Shown here: one piece after another, positions 30,601 through 43,571 of the stretch
How the letters are laid out: each line of letters begins with the position of its first letter
Numbering within the stretch: position 1 is the stretch's first letter
Origin: Calditrichia bacterium
Lineage (GTDB): Bacteria > Calditrichota > Calditrichia > JAJRVZ01
Length of the DNA: 64,000 nt
NCBI GenBank assembly: GCA_963796965.1
Contig: CAWCNS010000008.1
Location: forward strand, 1 to 64,000
Reading direction: 5' to 3'
Program-made: the position numbers and the translations under genes
Notes under the pieces: generated by a model
Seen by the model: the letters and a program-made list of their open reading frames with translations, nothing else
The model's database searches: none
Told to the model about the DNA's origin: nothing

Positions 30601-31840
30601 CTATAATTCCACCAACCCATTAGGTTTATTCCAGACAATCCTCCCCAACAAGGTATTGCCTTTCCATTTTTCCGCTGGCAGCGTTTCACCAACAGTGACC
30701 CAGGATTCCTGTGGCGATGCATTAACCACATGAAAATTGCCCATTCTGGCCACATGGTCCGGATCATTCACCCCATCACCGATGAGCGGAAAAACGGTTC
30801 TCTCACTTTCACGAATTAAACAGAGTCTTTCGGTATCTACCTGAGCAACATACAGCGGGGAGCGCCAGCGCATCACATTTACATTGTGGTCTGCCTTTCG
30901 TGTATAAACAAGAAATAACCCATCACTATGGCTGAGCCAGCGTTGCTGGGTGGTAGACATGGTCAGGGGCACCCCATCATCCCAACACCAGGGTCTTTTA
31001 TCCTCCCAATTTAATCCATCCTCAGAAACCGAGACATAACCATGGCCGTCTTCAGCCCTAATAGTCATAAAAAAACGATTTTTTAGGCGTGCTAAGGTTG
31101 GCTCCAATAGTCCCCGATTTATAGATAGACTCTAATGTATTGCCTGATTTAAGGATTGTCATATCTTTCCCGTCATAATCACATAACACGGAGCATACTT
31201 TTCTGTCTTTTCTCTCTTTTGGTCCAAATGATAGGGGGAGAATAATTTGACCATTATCTAAGGTAATGCGTTGCGCACAACCACTGGTATAAATACCACT
31301 CGTTTCCGGATGGTCCCATTCCAGTTTTTTCCGCTCCGACCAGTTACCCTTATCATCACCAACAACATAAACAGGATAGCGGTTTTCGTAGGGTTGGGTA
31401 AGAACATTATCTTTGTAATACACACTATGGCCAATCGCTAACACCGAATTTGTCCGTTTATGAAAATCAGGTACCACATCACAGGTTCCTTCTTCGATGC
31501 CATCGGGCCGGATCGTTCTTTTAAGTGAGGCAATGGGTTGAGGTGGCCGCCAGGATTGACCGTTATCCTCAGTTCTGGACCAAAACACCTGGCTAAAGAC
31601 ATCTGAACCGGAAATGGTCTGACAGGTCATCAAAACCACAGGATTTGGTTTTGAGGGTATCAAACAAGCACGGGGATGAAACCAGGTATGCCCTCTTGTT
31701 CTACCCGGCCAGATGATGGAAGATTCGATTTTTTTAATTAAGCCAGTGTCTGGCTTTTGAATACATCCGATAAAGTTAATTCCGCCAACAAATCCCAGAG
31801 GAGAAAATGCGCTAAATTGCAAAAATTTCCGTCTATTCAT
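30601..31840 (-). CDS. Tat-exported BNR/sialidase-like protein (frameshift near 31100)
   Basis: MNRRKFL Tat signal; Asp-boxes T.DNGQSW and SEDGLNW. Confidence 0.78.
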
Positions 31841-34261
31841 AATGTAAGGCCTCCGCTGGATTTGTAAATGCTGCTTTTAAGGCTTGATAACTTACTGTTA
31901 AAATGGCCACAATAAAAGCAATCACAATCGTAAAAGCAAAGACCGTCCAGCCAATAGTTACGCGATAAGCAAAATTTTGCAACCAGTTATACATGACAAA
32001 ATAGATGAGGGGTAAGGCAATGATATTCGCGACACCAATCAGCTTTGCCGTATCTTTAAAAAGCATAACGACAATATCAGTAACGGTTGCACCCAACACT
32101 TTGCGCACACCAATCTCTTTTGTCCTTTTTTCGGCATTGAATGAGGCCAGACCAAAAAGACCTAAACAGGCAATAAAAATAGCCAGAATACTAAAAGCTG
32201 AGTCTGAGTTTCCCCGTCTGCTCTTCTGATGCATAGAGACGTTGGAATTCTTTATCGAAAAAGAAATATTCAAAGGCCTGGTTGCCGGCAAGTTTTTGCC
32301 ATGAATTTTCAATATCCTGGATTGTCTGCCCAACATTTTCCACTTTAATCCTTACAGAAACATAACGTCCAAATCCGCCTCTTCCAAATGGAAGGATAAT
32401 CAAAGGTCGAATCTGATAATGTAATGACTCAAAGTGAAAGTCTTTTATGACACCAATGACGGTTAACCTTATGTTCTGCTCCGGTGTTGGCCCTACGCGT
32501 ATAATCTCTTTACCAATCGGATCGGTGAGACCAAAAACTTTAATAGCCGCCTCATTCATCACCACCCCGCTTGAATCTGTGCCAAATTCACGGGAATAAA
32601 ATCGACCCTCCTTTATCGGTATTTCATAAGTCGATGTAAAATCATAATCTGTCCGCATCGTCCAGATAATTTGCGTTTCGTTGTTTGTAGGTCCACCCAC
32701 CCTAAAGGCGTTACTGCTAAAATTTTGTCCAATATAGGTATTGGAATTTGAAATGGCTGTAATGGCGGGTATGTTTTTTAATTCAGTACGAAAAGCGTCA
32801 AGCTGCTGGCCGATATCATCCGCCTTTTGAATTACAAGGACCTGATCTTTATTAAATCCAAGATTTTTTGACTGCAAATAACTGAGCTGGTTTGCCACAA
32901 TAATAGTTCCAGCAATTAAAGCAACTGAAATTCCGAATTGGAAGATGACCAATCCGCTACGTAAAAAGCGCCCTGACCTACCCTGCACCTCAATTCTTCC
33001 TTTTAGCACTTCAATGGGGGTGAAGGAAGACAGAAAAAATGCAGGATAAGCACCTGCCAGGATACCAACGATGATAGTGAATAAGACCAGTAACGGCAAT
33101 GTATCAAGCTGAATTAAACTTCCTAATAAAAGTTGTTTTCCAATTAACGTATTATAATATGGAAGAAGAACTTTGGCGAAAATAAGTGCCAGAACAAGTG
33201 CAATAAAAGTAAAGAAAAGACTTTCTGATAAAAATTGGAGGATAAGTTGCAGACGATTAGACCCGAGTGTTTTTCTTACACCCACTTCCCGTGATCGCTT
33301 TGCCGATCTTGCTGTGGCAAGATTCATAAAATTGATGCAGGCAATTATCAGAATACCCAGCGCAATAAAAGCAAAAATATATACATACGTGGCATTGCCA
33401 TTCGGTTCAAGCTCATGTTCCAAATCAGATTGCAGATGAATATCTTTTAGTGGTTGTACAAACCAGCCATAACTACTCCCCGCTTTAAGCATATCCTTAT
33501 ACGATTGGCCCGTGACCTCTTCAATTTGCGGAACCGCATACTTCTCCACAAAATAGGGTAATTTTTCTTCTCACTGCTTCTGTGTACTACCCTCTCTTAC
33601 AAGCACATAGGTATAAAAATTATTGCTGACCCAAAAATTGTTGAGTGTTCGTTCATAGGTTATAAGTGATGCAAGAAAATCGAAATGGAAATGTGAATTA
33701 TGCGGGGTATCTTTCACAACACCTGTGACCATATCAGCTTCTACGATTATCCGCGGTGATCAATTTATTTAGCGGATCTTCATCACCGAAATATTTATGA
33801 GCCATGGATTCTGTAATGACCACGGTATTCGGTTTGCTTAGCGCCGTTTCAGGATCGCCTTTTAGAAAAGGAATTGTAAATATGGAAAAGATCGTTGAAT
33901 CTACCGAAAAAAATCGTTCCTCACTGAATACTTTATCTTTATACGTTAGAACTGGAAATCCGAAATTACGAATACGGACAGCGGTAATCACTTCCGGAAT
34001 TTCATTTATAAATGCTGGCCCCATTGGAGCGGGTGTTACAGCGACTTTAAATTCATTGGGGCCAATGATACCCTGTGTTCCGATGCGGTAGATATTATCC
34101 ACATTTTCATGATAACGGTCATAACTCATTTCATCGCTTACATACAAAAGGATTAACAGGCAGCAGGTAATGCCTATCGTCAGACCACAAATATTTATAA
34201 AAGTATATCCTTTTTGGCGGGTGAGATTTCGGATTGCAATTATAATTTGATTTTTAAGCAT
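31833..34261 (-). CDS. MacB/FtsX-type ABC permease (~800 aa, split by frameshifts)
   Basis: IACINFMNLATARS..R.REVGVRK and IACLGLFGLASF..EKRTKEIGVRKVLGA. Confidence 0.9.
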
Positions 34262-34390
34262 GGAAATCCTCTGTTTTTACCGACCTGATTAATCAGTAAC
34301 CTACGAAATATTTACAACATTAGTTACATTAATAAATGTCAGTTAAAAGCAGATGCGCTGTGCACACATATATAAGTGAGTATCTGGAGA

Positions 34391-36516
34391 TCATTTAATG
34401 AGCATCATCTTCCGAGCGTGCATCCATCCATTTGATGTTTGTAATACATAAAAATAGATCCCGCTGGAAAACTCAGAACCATTCCATTCAACCTGATGTA
34501 TACCGGCATGTTGTTGTTGTGCAATCAGGGTTGCCACTTTTTCACCTAGTAAATTATAGACATTCAACTCTACATAAATCGTCATTGGTAATTCGTAATT
34601 GATCGTTGTTATCGGATTGAATGGATTAGGATAGTTTTGTAATAAGGTATATTCTGAAGGAATAAAATGATCATCAGATTTAATACCCACCGCCGTTGAA
34701 TTGATACTGTGAAAGATTCCACTTACATTAGTCCCAGCAAAAACCTCGTCGCTGCTATTTACAACCAGAGATGAAATATTAAGGACAGATAAACCACTAT
34801 TAATTGGTGACCAACTACCACCATTATCGGTAGAAAAATAAACACCCTCATAAAGTGTTGATCCAAAAATATACCCTGAAGAGTTGATAGCAAAACTATT
34901 AATCGGTCCCGTTATTCCCTCATTTGACGAGATCCAGCTCTCGCCATTATCTTCTGATTTATATACCCCATGCATGAATATAGATGCAAAAAGATGTCCC
35001 TTATCATTAATGGTTAAGGCATGAATACCTGTCCCAGGTAATCCATTATTCTTTTCCTGCCATAAGTCGCCATCATTATCGGAACGAAATATGCCCCCTC
35101 CCGAGGTTCCGGCAAAAACATCTCCCGAATCATTAACGGCAAAAAAGCGAACGTAAAGATCCGTTAAGCCATTATTCACCTGAGTCCAGGTTTTGCCATT
35201 ATCGGTGGAGCGGTAAATCCCATCCCAATCAGTTCCAGCAAAAATAGTATTATTTCGACCTATGGTAACAGCGTAAATCCATTCATACATCAGATCATTG
35301 GTATAGGTTGTCCATTCATCACCCTTATTTTTTGAAATATACACACCTTTATAGGTACCGGCAATCACATGTCCACTATCGTTAAAAGCAAGGGCATAAA
35401 CTATTCTATTGCCCAGACCCTTCTCGATTAACTGAAAGGTTTCGCCATTATCATCAGAGCGGAAAAAACCACTACCATTTGTGCTTGCGTATATTTCCCC
35501 CTCAACACCGACTGCTAAAGTTTGTATATACGTGTTTGTTATCCCTGTATTGCGCAGAACCCACTCATCGCCATGATTATCAGACATTTGGACACCAGGA
35601 CCATAAGAAGTAGCAAAGATCTGATCCTGATTATTTATTGCAAAGGCCTTAACTTGTGGGTTTCTTATTCCATTTTCTATCCAAGACCAATGGGTACCAT
35701 TATCTTTAGATCTTTGGACTGAACTACCCCCGTACTTATAATGATGTACCCACTATCATTTACAGCAATAGCAGGGGTAGAAAAGGTTGTCATAATGCCA
35801 TTAATATCCATCCAGTTATCTCCACGATTTGTGGACATAAACACACCGGACCCTGTCCCTACATAAACATTGTTGGTATCATGGACAGCGATGGATCGAA
35901 TATCTGTGTTTGATAAATCTGTGTTAATGGCTGTCCAATGACCCCCATTATCGGTAGAACGAAAAATACCAGAATTGGTCCCGGTATAAAGGATTCCGTT
36001 CTCTGTAATTTTAATTGTCTGAATCTTCTGCGATGTCAATCCTATGTTAATCGGTTCCCAATTATTACCATTATCTTTAGATCTAAATAACCCATTAAGC
36101 ATTGTACCTATTATTACATGTCCGCTATCATTAATCACGATGACTTGGATAAAATAATCTGGCAACCCGTCGTTTACCAATTCCCAGCTTTGACCGCCAT
36201 CGAAGGATCCAAAGATGCCCGAGCTCCTTGTCCCGGCATAGACAATATTGTTAAATCTACTGCCTACTGCTGTTATTGCCTTTTCACTTAAACCATTATT
36301 AACCTGTTCCCAGTTCTGTCCATTATTGATAGATCTATAAACACCATTGCCATCGGAGGCGATATAACATTGACCGCTGTCGTTGAAAGTAATTGAAACA
36401 ATATCCCCCCCACCAGGTCCCTCCAATTGATGCCAAAAATCACCATTTGCATAAAGAGAAATGATATTGATCAGTATCCATGCAATTGATAATTCAATAG
36501 TCTTTAATCGCTTCAT
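34391..36516 (-). CDS. BNR/VPS10-type beta-propeller protein with C-terminal sorting tail (frameshift near 35700)
   Basis: Many S.DNG..W repeats; LQNYPNPFNP...KMMLIK tail. Confidence 0.85.
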
Positions 36517-36729
36517 ATTAAATCCCCTTCAAATTTATGCATGACTGAGTTCCCCGCACTGCAAAAAAAGTAAAAATCTATCGATAACTTATATGTTAAT
36601 ACCAATTAAAATCACTTATTAAACTCTGAGGGAACTTATTTCTCCTCTTGTTGATCCTGTCCGTTTTTTGGATCCCGGCCCAGTCAGGGTTAATCCCGTC
36701 CAAAGTTTTTCCACGAATATCCTTTAAAA

Positions 36730-37605
36730 CTATTGCAGCAACAACATTTTCTTTGTCTCTACAAATTCTCCGGCTCTAATTTGGTAATAGTATACCCCGC
36801 TTGTCATATCTGAAGCATCCCATTGCACGTGATGAGAACCGGCTTGTTGGACGTCCGAAACCAGAGAAACAACTTTTTGTCCTAATAAATTATATATATT
36901 CAGATCAACGTAATTCGTAATTGGTAATTCGTAATTAATCGTTGTTATCGGATTAAAGGGATTAGGATAGTTTTGAAATAATTCAAATTTTTTGGGATTA
37001 TAAGTATCTTGCTCTCTTATATTTGTGATCGACGATGAAAGTGTTAGTGAATCAATTAATCCGATGGCGCCGATACTTTGCTCATGGGCAAACTGAGAAT
37101 GTACTTTCAGATTAATTGAAACACTTACTGCTGTATCAGATGGTGATCCATAAAAAATAGGGATAGCGAATCGTGTATATTCTACTGCTGCAGCCAAGGT
37201 ATCAATACCAAATCCACAAGTCACTAAAAAACTACCAAAGTAATTAAAAACGATTACATTGACGATACAAATGGCATCACCGACAGGTGCAAAACGATAA
37301 TATCCGCTTAATTCGATTGGCCTGTCCTCAAGCACCCCTACAGAAAACGTATCAGAATTAACAAATGCACCCCCGGCAAGACCATTAAAATCAATCGTTT
37401 CCAACTGTATGGCTGAACTGCCGTGAAAGGCTAAAGCGGACGGGGTTACCGTTATCCTCCCCCTCAGGGTATCATTATTGGTTTCCCAGTTGACAGGTTC
37501 TCCGCCACTCCAGATTTCAAAACTGGGATTGGGTATCGGGTTTGTTTGAGAAAAAAGAATCTTTGAACAGACGACTAAGATCAGAAAAAAAGTATGCGTT
37601 TTCAT
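36730..37605 (-). CDS. Secreted protein with T9SS-A/FlgD-like C-terminal tail
   Basis: Signal peptide; NPSFE.W; FQNYPNPFNP...KKMLLLQ. Confidence 0.8.
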   Translation of the reverse strand: MKTHTFFLILVVCSKILFSQTNPIPNPSFEIWSGGEPVNWETNNDTLRGRITVTPSALAFHGSSAIQLETIDFNGLAGGAFVNSDTFSVGVLEDRPIELSGYYRFAPVGDAICIVNVIVFNYFGSFLVTCGFGIDTLAAAVEYTRFAIPIFYGSPSDTAVSVSINLKVHSQFAHEQSIGAIGLIDSLTLSSSITNIREQDTYNPKKFELFQNYPNPFNPITTINYELPITNYVDLNIYNLLGQKVVSLVSDVQQAGSHHVQWDASDMTSGVYYYQIRAGEFVETKKMLLLQ

Positions 37606-37659
37606 ACATATCCTTCTCTTTTTTATTGCAGTAAAATTTATAGCCAGTATCATATGCTA

Positions 37660-38729
37660 CTATTTTATGAAAATGATTTTTTGGTTCTGAGATATTTTCT
37701 TATCAAAATCTATCTTGCAAATATAGATACCAGTTGGAATTCCGGTCGCATTCCAAACCACTTTGTGGACACCTGCTTTTTGATCCATGGATATAAGCGT
37801 TTCCACTTTTTGACCAAGGATATTATAGATGCCTAAATCTACATAACCGGAATTGGGAATATGATATTCAATGGTGGTAACCGGATTAAAAGGATTAGGA
37901 TAATTTTCGACCAATTTAAATTCAATTGGACTGTTCACAACACCTTCCTGCAAAGCTGTAATCGGATCCGATGAGAGTACAATATAATCACCTTCGACAT
38001 AGCCGGTATCTGGCTCCGTCAGAGCCACATCTGAAACGACAATAAGTACACCCTCCTTGGTAATAAAGAAGAATTCTTTAAACTGGAACCAGGTGTATCG
38101 TCTGATCATTCTCAAACATTCCAATTCTCTTCCAGGTAATTTAAGTGTCCCATAACCGTAGGTTTCCATATCTACAAAATCTGTATAGTGATAGGTAATA
38201 TCGCCTGGCCGGTTGAATTATATGTCGTATCATAAACATTAAAGGGTTGTTCTTGTGGTAAATCTCCATAATTCAACGGAAACGCGGAAAAAAGTTCATA
38301 GGGATCGTAGTGAACATAATTGTTTTCATCACCGATTGTCACATCTCCAAGAAGAAAAGTTGAATCAGAAATAGAATAAAACACAGGATTTCCATCGATG
38401 ATAGCCAATGCCTCACCAAATGTTGAAGCATTAGATGGATAACGTCTGGACAATTCCGGAATCTGGCTAACTTCATAATTATTCATTATAAACTCATTCT
38501 CAGAACCTACGAATGAAAAATCATAAATATTAGGTCCTTCAATATTCCCAACATTGATTGAACCGCTTTCCCCCGGAATAGCATAGAGTGGATTTCCTGG
38601 TGTAAAGACCTTCATAAACTCTGCCTGGGTTACCGTAATTTGCGACAAAAGGACTGACGGCAGAGACACTAAGGTTAAAAAAGAAAGAAACTTCAGAAAG
38701 AATCGATTAATTTGTTGCACTTTTAGCAT
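37660..38729 (-). CDS. Secreted protein with T9SS-A/FlgD-like C-terminal tail (frameshift near 38200)
   Basis: Signal peptide in 38172..38729; ENYPNPFNP tail in 37660..38169. Confidence 0.75.
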
Positions 38730-38773
38730 GATAATCCACCTGATAAAAATAAAAGCATTTCTTTTACCTGTAA

Positions 38774-40048
38774 CTAATCTTGCCCTGGTGCGGTTAACCG
38801 GGCAAATTGAACATCATTTAAAAGATTCTGTCCGTCACTACCGCCAATAATGTACAAGTAATCCTGATAGATAGTGCTTGTGTGATTTCCACGATTATTT
38901 TGAAAGAATGAAGAACTTATTTTCCATGGATTGATTATCCCAGTCGGGCTGATTTCTGCATAGATAACATCATTTGAATTCCCCCCTGAGATGAAGAGTT
39001 TTTTATCAAACACAAAACAGGTATGGGCGGTTTTAGGTACGGGTAAAGATGTTGTGATTGTCCATTGACCAATTGATCCATCGGGATTGATTGCAGCGTA
39101 TTGCACATCATTAAATATTGTGGTTTTATTTTCTCCGCCACTAAGATAGATTACGCCTTCATGAACAACGGCGCAATGATCAAAGCGCGCATCATTGAAT
39201 GTGCTTGTAAACTGCCAATTACCTAACGTACCATCCGGATTAATCTCTGAAAACAGGACATCGTTTAATCCGGTATCCTCTGATTCTGTATAGCCACCGA
39301 GTATATATACATAATTGTTATGAACGACAGTGGCATGGGCTAGTCGGCCTTCTGGTAATGCTAGCGTTGAATCCCAGGTACCCAAACTGCCATTAAAATT
39401 AATTTCCGCAAAACGAACGGTTGCATCCCATCCGCCAACCAGATATAAACGATCATTGTGAACAAAACTGGTATGATTACTTCTTCCATGAGGGAAATTA
39501 GTTGTTGATTGCCAATTATATAAAGTACCATTCGCATTAATGCTGGTATATTGGACATCATCAAGGTCGTACTGGGTACTTCCATCCGTGCCACCTATTA
39601 CATATATAAAGCCATTATGGGCCACAGAGTTATGTGCAGCGCGACCGAAAGCCAAAGCGGTAGCAAATTGCCATGCGCTTATGATTGGAATCTGAGGTTC
39701 AACTACTTTTATTACAATACTCTCAGAATCACTTGAACCATTACCGTCATCCACGGTGCAGGTTATAGAAAACTGGCCGGTCAAATCGGGAGCAACCCAG
39801 GACACTGACGGGCCTGATCCGTTAACCGATCCAGCATCGGCTGACCATTTATAGGTAAGAGCATCTCCGTCAGGATCACTCGCCACACAGGTAAGTGTTG
39901 CGGTTTCTTTTACCTCTAGACTATCAGGATTGGCAGTTAAACTGGAAATCTTTGGGGAATTATTATTTGATTCTGATGGTGTTGAACACTGCATAATTAA
40001 CTGTATCATTGAAATCATAGCAATAAAGACAATTAATCTTCCCTTCAT
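38774..40048 (-). CDS. Lipoprotein with Ig/PKD domain and Kelch repeats
   Basis: Cys after signal peptide; ASDPDGDALTYKW; repeated R..H....IY..GG. Confidence 0.85.
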   Translation of the reverse strand: MKGRLIVFIAMISMIQLIMQCSTPSESNNNSPKISSLTANPDSLEVKETATLTCVASDPDGDALTYKWSADAGSVNGSGPSVSWVAPDLTGQFSITCTVDDGNGSSDSESIVIKVVEPQIPIISAWQFATALAFGRAAHNSVAHNGFIYVIGGTDGSTQYDLDDVQYTSINANGTLYNWQSTTNFPHGRSNHTSFVHNDRLYLVGGWDATVRFAEINFNGSLGTWDSTLALPEGRLAHATVVHNNYVYILGGYTESEDTGLNDVLFSEINPDGTLGNWQFTSTFNDARFDHCAVVHEGVIYLSGGENKTTIFNDVQYAAINPDGSIGQWTITTSLPVPKTAHTCFVFDKKLFISGGNSNDVIYAEISPTGIINPWKISSSFFQNNRGNHTSTIYQDYLYIIGGSDGQNLLNDVQFARLTAPGQD

Positions 40049-40301
40049 AATATCAAACCTCCATTCTGTCTTTGATAGGTGAATCATATTAAAGCACCTA
40101 TCACTGTGTCGACTATTTGTTTATAATACCAGTGATACAGTCACTATAAATAAGCTATATGGATTTTTCTTATACTTTACTTGCTACTCCCACCTACTGG
40201 AAAACGGCTTTATTTATAATTAGTATCGTATGATGTTGTGACAGGTATTTTTTATACATGATAATCCCGACAATTTTTATTTTCTCTAGTAATAAAGGAT
40301 A

Positions 40302-42506
40302 CTATTTGAGTAAAATAAGTTTTTTAGTCTGGATAAATCCTGCCTCAGTATTTAATCTGTAGTAATATATACCACTTGCAAATCCTCTGGCATCCCATTG
40401 CACGGTATGATGTCCTGCTTTCTGCTTTCCGCTTATCAGTGTTTTTATTTTCTGGCCGAGTAAATTATATATACTGAGATTGACGTAATTCGAAATTGGC
40501 AATTCGTAATTAATTGTCGTAATCGGATTAAAAGGATTGGGATAGTTAGGAAATAAAATGAATCGATTAGTGCTGATAGTCTCATCATCCCCCAAACCGG
40601 AGATTAAGTCATTTCGTACAATATATAATCCATCCTCTCCGTCGGCCACATAAGCAAGATTGCCCTTTGCCGTTACACCCCAGGGTTGGCTTCCCAATAA
40701 CACTGATTCAACTTCTGAAGGATCGGCAGAATTGGAAACATCTACAATTGCCAGTCCATGTGTTCCTATGACATAGGCATATTTATCATATACAGAAACA
40801 TTTGTCGCATTTAGATATTCGTCAATAAAACCGACTTCCGTCGGATTATCCGGATCTGAGACATCAATAATCCGTAATCCACCATTAAATTTTGCCACAT
40901 AAGCATAGTTGCCACTTACGGCCACATCCTGCGCCCAACCAGGCGTTACACAAAAGCCTTTTTCTGTAGGATGAATGGGATCGGAAATATCAGCGATGTG
41001 TAAACTGCCCCCATAATCGACAATATAAGCATAAGTACCGCTCACTGAGACCCCAACGATATTACCAGCGCCATTCATAAAGGAACTTACCTGAGAAGGG
41101 CTAGCAGGGTTAGAAACATCAATGATCCGCAAACCGCCACCCCTGGCTGCCACATAGGCATACTGACCGCTCACCACGACATCTTCGGCAATGATATGAC
41201 CATCGTAAAATCCAGTTTCTGACGGGCTTGCCGGATTGGAAACATCAATGATCCTTAAGCCTTCTTCATTATCAGCCACATAAGCATAATTGCCACTGAC
41301 GGCAACCTCCCGTGCATCATCAGGCGTATCAAATGAACCGACCCCTTCTGGATTGGCAGGATCAGAAATATCAATAATGTGCAATCCATCGAAACCATCC
41401 GCTATATAAGCGTAGGGTTCGTTTACAGCTACTCCTTGCGCTTTATCCGCCGTATCAATAAATCCAAGTTCGCTGCATATTACAGGATTAGCGGCATCAA
41501 TTATGCGAAATCCCTCAAACCAATCTGCCAGATAGATTGTACTGCCAACAACGGCAACATCTCTGGTACTGCCGCCGGTATCGAAACGACCAACTTCGCT
41601 TGGACTCTGCGGATTAGATATATCAATTATCAATAAACCCTGTTCCCCATTGGCCACATAGGCATTATTACCACTAACCTCCACATTCCAGGCATCTCCG
41701 CCCACAAAAAAGTATCCAATTGATATGGCGCTTGCCGGATTTGATATATCAAGAATGTTTAATTCTAAATTCCCGCCCGTCATATAAGCATAGCCGCCGC
41801 TTAGTGCCACGCTGTATGCAAAACCACCGGCATTCCTAATTTGAATTGGATTGGCCGGATCTGATACATTAAAAACCAGGAAACCACCCTGACCGTCCGC
41901 CACATAAGCATAATTGCCGCTGACGGCCACATCCATAGACAGATATTCCGTATCAAAATGCCCTCTCTCTACCGGTGCGGTCGGATCAGATATATCAATA
42001 ATCCGCAATCCGTAATAACCTGCGGCAACATAAGCATAGTTACCACTGACCGCTACGCCCTGAGAGGTAGCGCCGGTTGCTATAAATCCTTTTTTTAAGG
42101 GATTGCTGGGATCCGAAATGTCAAAAATCGTTAATCCACCATTATACTCTACCACGTAGGCATAGCTGCTGTCCACCACCACGTCCCGCACCACAGAGGA
42201 TAGCAACACTTTGTTTAGAATGACCGGATTCGAAGGATCGAGAATACTGACAATTTCCAGATAGCCTCCGTTTCCAAAATAGGCGATAGTGTCTCTGACT
42301 GTTGCAGTGTAGCAGGGACCGTCCGCCCAGCGCCCTATCACAGCAGCATTTCCGGTGGAATCATCCTGGGTTATATGGTTATCATTTCTCTGCTCAAGGG
42401 CAGTAGCCTTTTCCGTGAATTGTGCCAGACAAATAGTCAAAGAAGACATCAAAATAACAAAAGGTGCAAAACCGATGATGATTAGCTTTGGAAAACGTAT
42501 TGACAT
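40302..42506 (-). CDS. LVIVD-repeat beta-propeller protein with C-terminal sorting tail
   Basis: About 14 VAVSGNYAYVA..GL.IIDIS.P repeats; NYPNPFNP tail. Confidence 0.9.
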   Translation of the reverse strand: MSIRFPKLIIIGFAPFVILMSSLTICLAQFTEKATALEQRNDNHITQDDSTGNAAVIGRWADGPCYTATVRDTIAYFGNGGYLEIVSILDPSNPVILNKVLLSSVVRDVVVDSSYAYVVEYNGGLTIFDISDPSNPLKKGFIATGATSQGVAVSGNYAYVAAGYYGLRIIDISDPTAPVERGHFDTEYLSMDVAVSGNYAYVADGQGGFLVFNVSDPANPIQIRNAGGFAYSVALSGGYAYMTGGNLELNILDISNPASAISIGYFFVGGDAWNVEVSGNNAYVANGEQGLLIIDISNPQSPSEVGRFDTGGSTRDVAVVGSTIYLADWFEGFRIIDAANPVICSELGFIDTADKAQGVAVNEPYAYIADGFDGLHIIDISDPANPEGVGSFDTPDDAREVAVSGNYAYVADNEEGLRIIDVSNPASPSETGFYDGHIIAEDVVVSGQYAYVAARGGGLRIIDVSNPASPSQVSSFMNGAGNIVGVSVSGTYAYIVDYGGSLHIADISDPIHPTEKGFCVTPGWAQDVAVSGNYAYVAKFNGGLRIIDVSDPDNPTEVGFIDEYLNATNVSVYDKYAYVIGTHGLAIVDVSNSADPSEVESVLLGSQPWGVTAKGNLAYVADGEDGLYIVRNDLISGLGDDETISTNRFILFPNYPNPFNPITTINYELPISNYVNLSIYNLLGQKIKTLISGKQKAGHHTVQWDARGFASGIYYYRLNTEAGFIQTKKLILLK

Positions 42507-43012
42507 GATACCCCCTTCTGTTGTTATAAGACAATACCAATCAACCAATAAAATATGGGATATCTGGAGACAGGCCAAAATCAAATTTTTTGTCTTCAAA
42601 TGCGCCGGAAGTCAATGCAGAGGTGTGACAATAAAGAAAGGCGGTTAAACAAATCAATTTCTTAGAAAAGTTCACTCTTCCCCCTTATAAGAAATATTTA
42701 CTGTCTGTCCCAGAAAGGCAGATACGTATAATTCAATATGTTGAGATAAACCACTAAATAGGCTGTTTATATCGATAACTTAGTAAAAGGTTATCCTTCT
42801 GTATGTGATATATTTCTTAAACTTGTATGTGATGTTCAGTTGATCTTGAAGGGCAAAGCGAAATTTTAAAATACTTTGAACCGGTTAATTAATATATACA
42901 AATATTTGTATAATTATACAAATATACTAACATCAAATCTGTGACGAATGTTGAAATACAATATTTGTGATTTACATAATCAGGTTTTGAGCATTTATAT
43001 AATTGTTTATGA

Positions 43013-43445
43013 TTACTTGAAAAATGATATGCGTACCTTCCATAGATAATAGGCTGCCCAGAATGAAAAGAGGGCGAAAGGCAGGAATAATATTGTACCT
43101 GGAGAAAGTGATCCTGCAGAGAGATCTCTTATGATAATCACGGTAAATGAATACCAATAGAGGACGTTGGCAAAATAAGCGCCTAGCCATCCAATTAATT
43201 TATGTTTCCATAAGGCAATTGAACCTAATAATAAAAATGGCACGGACCAGATAATATCTGCGATGCCAAATCCGTATGTGGTGGCGAGATTCATTTTTTC
43301 TATACTACTACTTTGTGCAGAAATGGAAGGAAGCCGGACAAAGGCAAGAATCCAAAACAGAAAATGCAGAAGAGCGGCGATTCCATTTATAATTGCTATT
43401 AATTTTATTCCAAAAGCATGATTGGATTCCCTGTCTATTATTCAT
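43013..43445 (-). CDS. Hypothetical membrane protein (frameshifted)
   Basis: ATG at 43445 after GGAGG; hydrophobic; joins ORF 43013..43294. Confidence 0.55.
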
Positions 43446-43571
43446 TTTTCCTCCCTTTTTAACATAAAGGTTGTTTAAAAGACAACTACAGAGGACATAA
43501 TAAAATAAATATTCATAAAAATAATTCGTGAAATTCGTATAAATTCGGCCTGGCTCGTTCTACGAGTGTAA

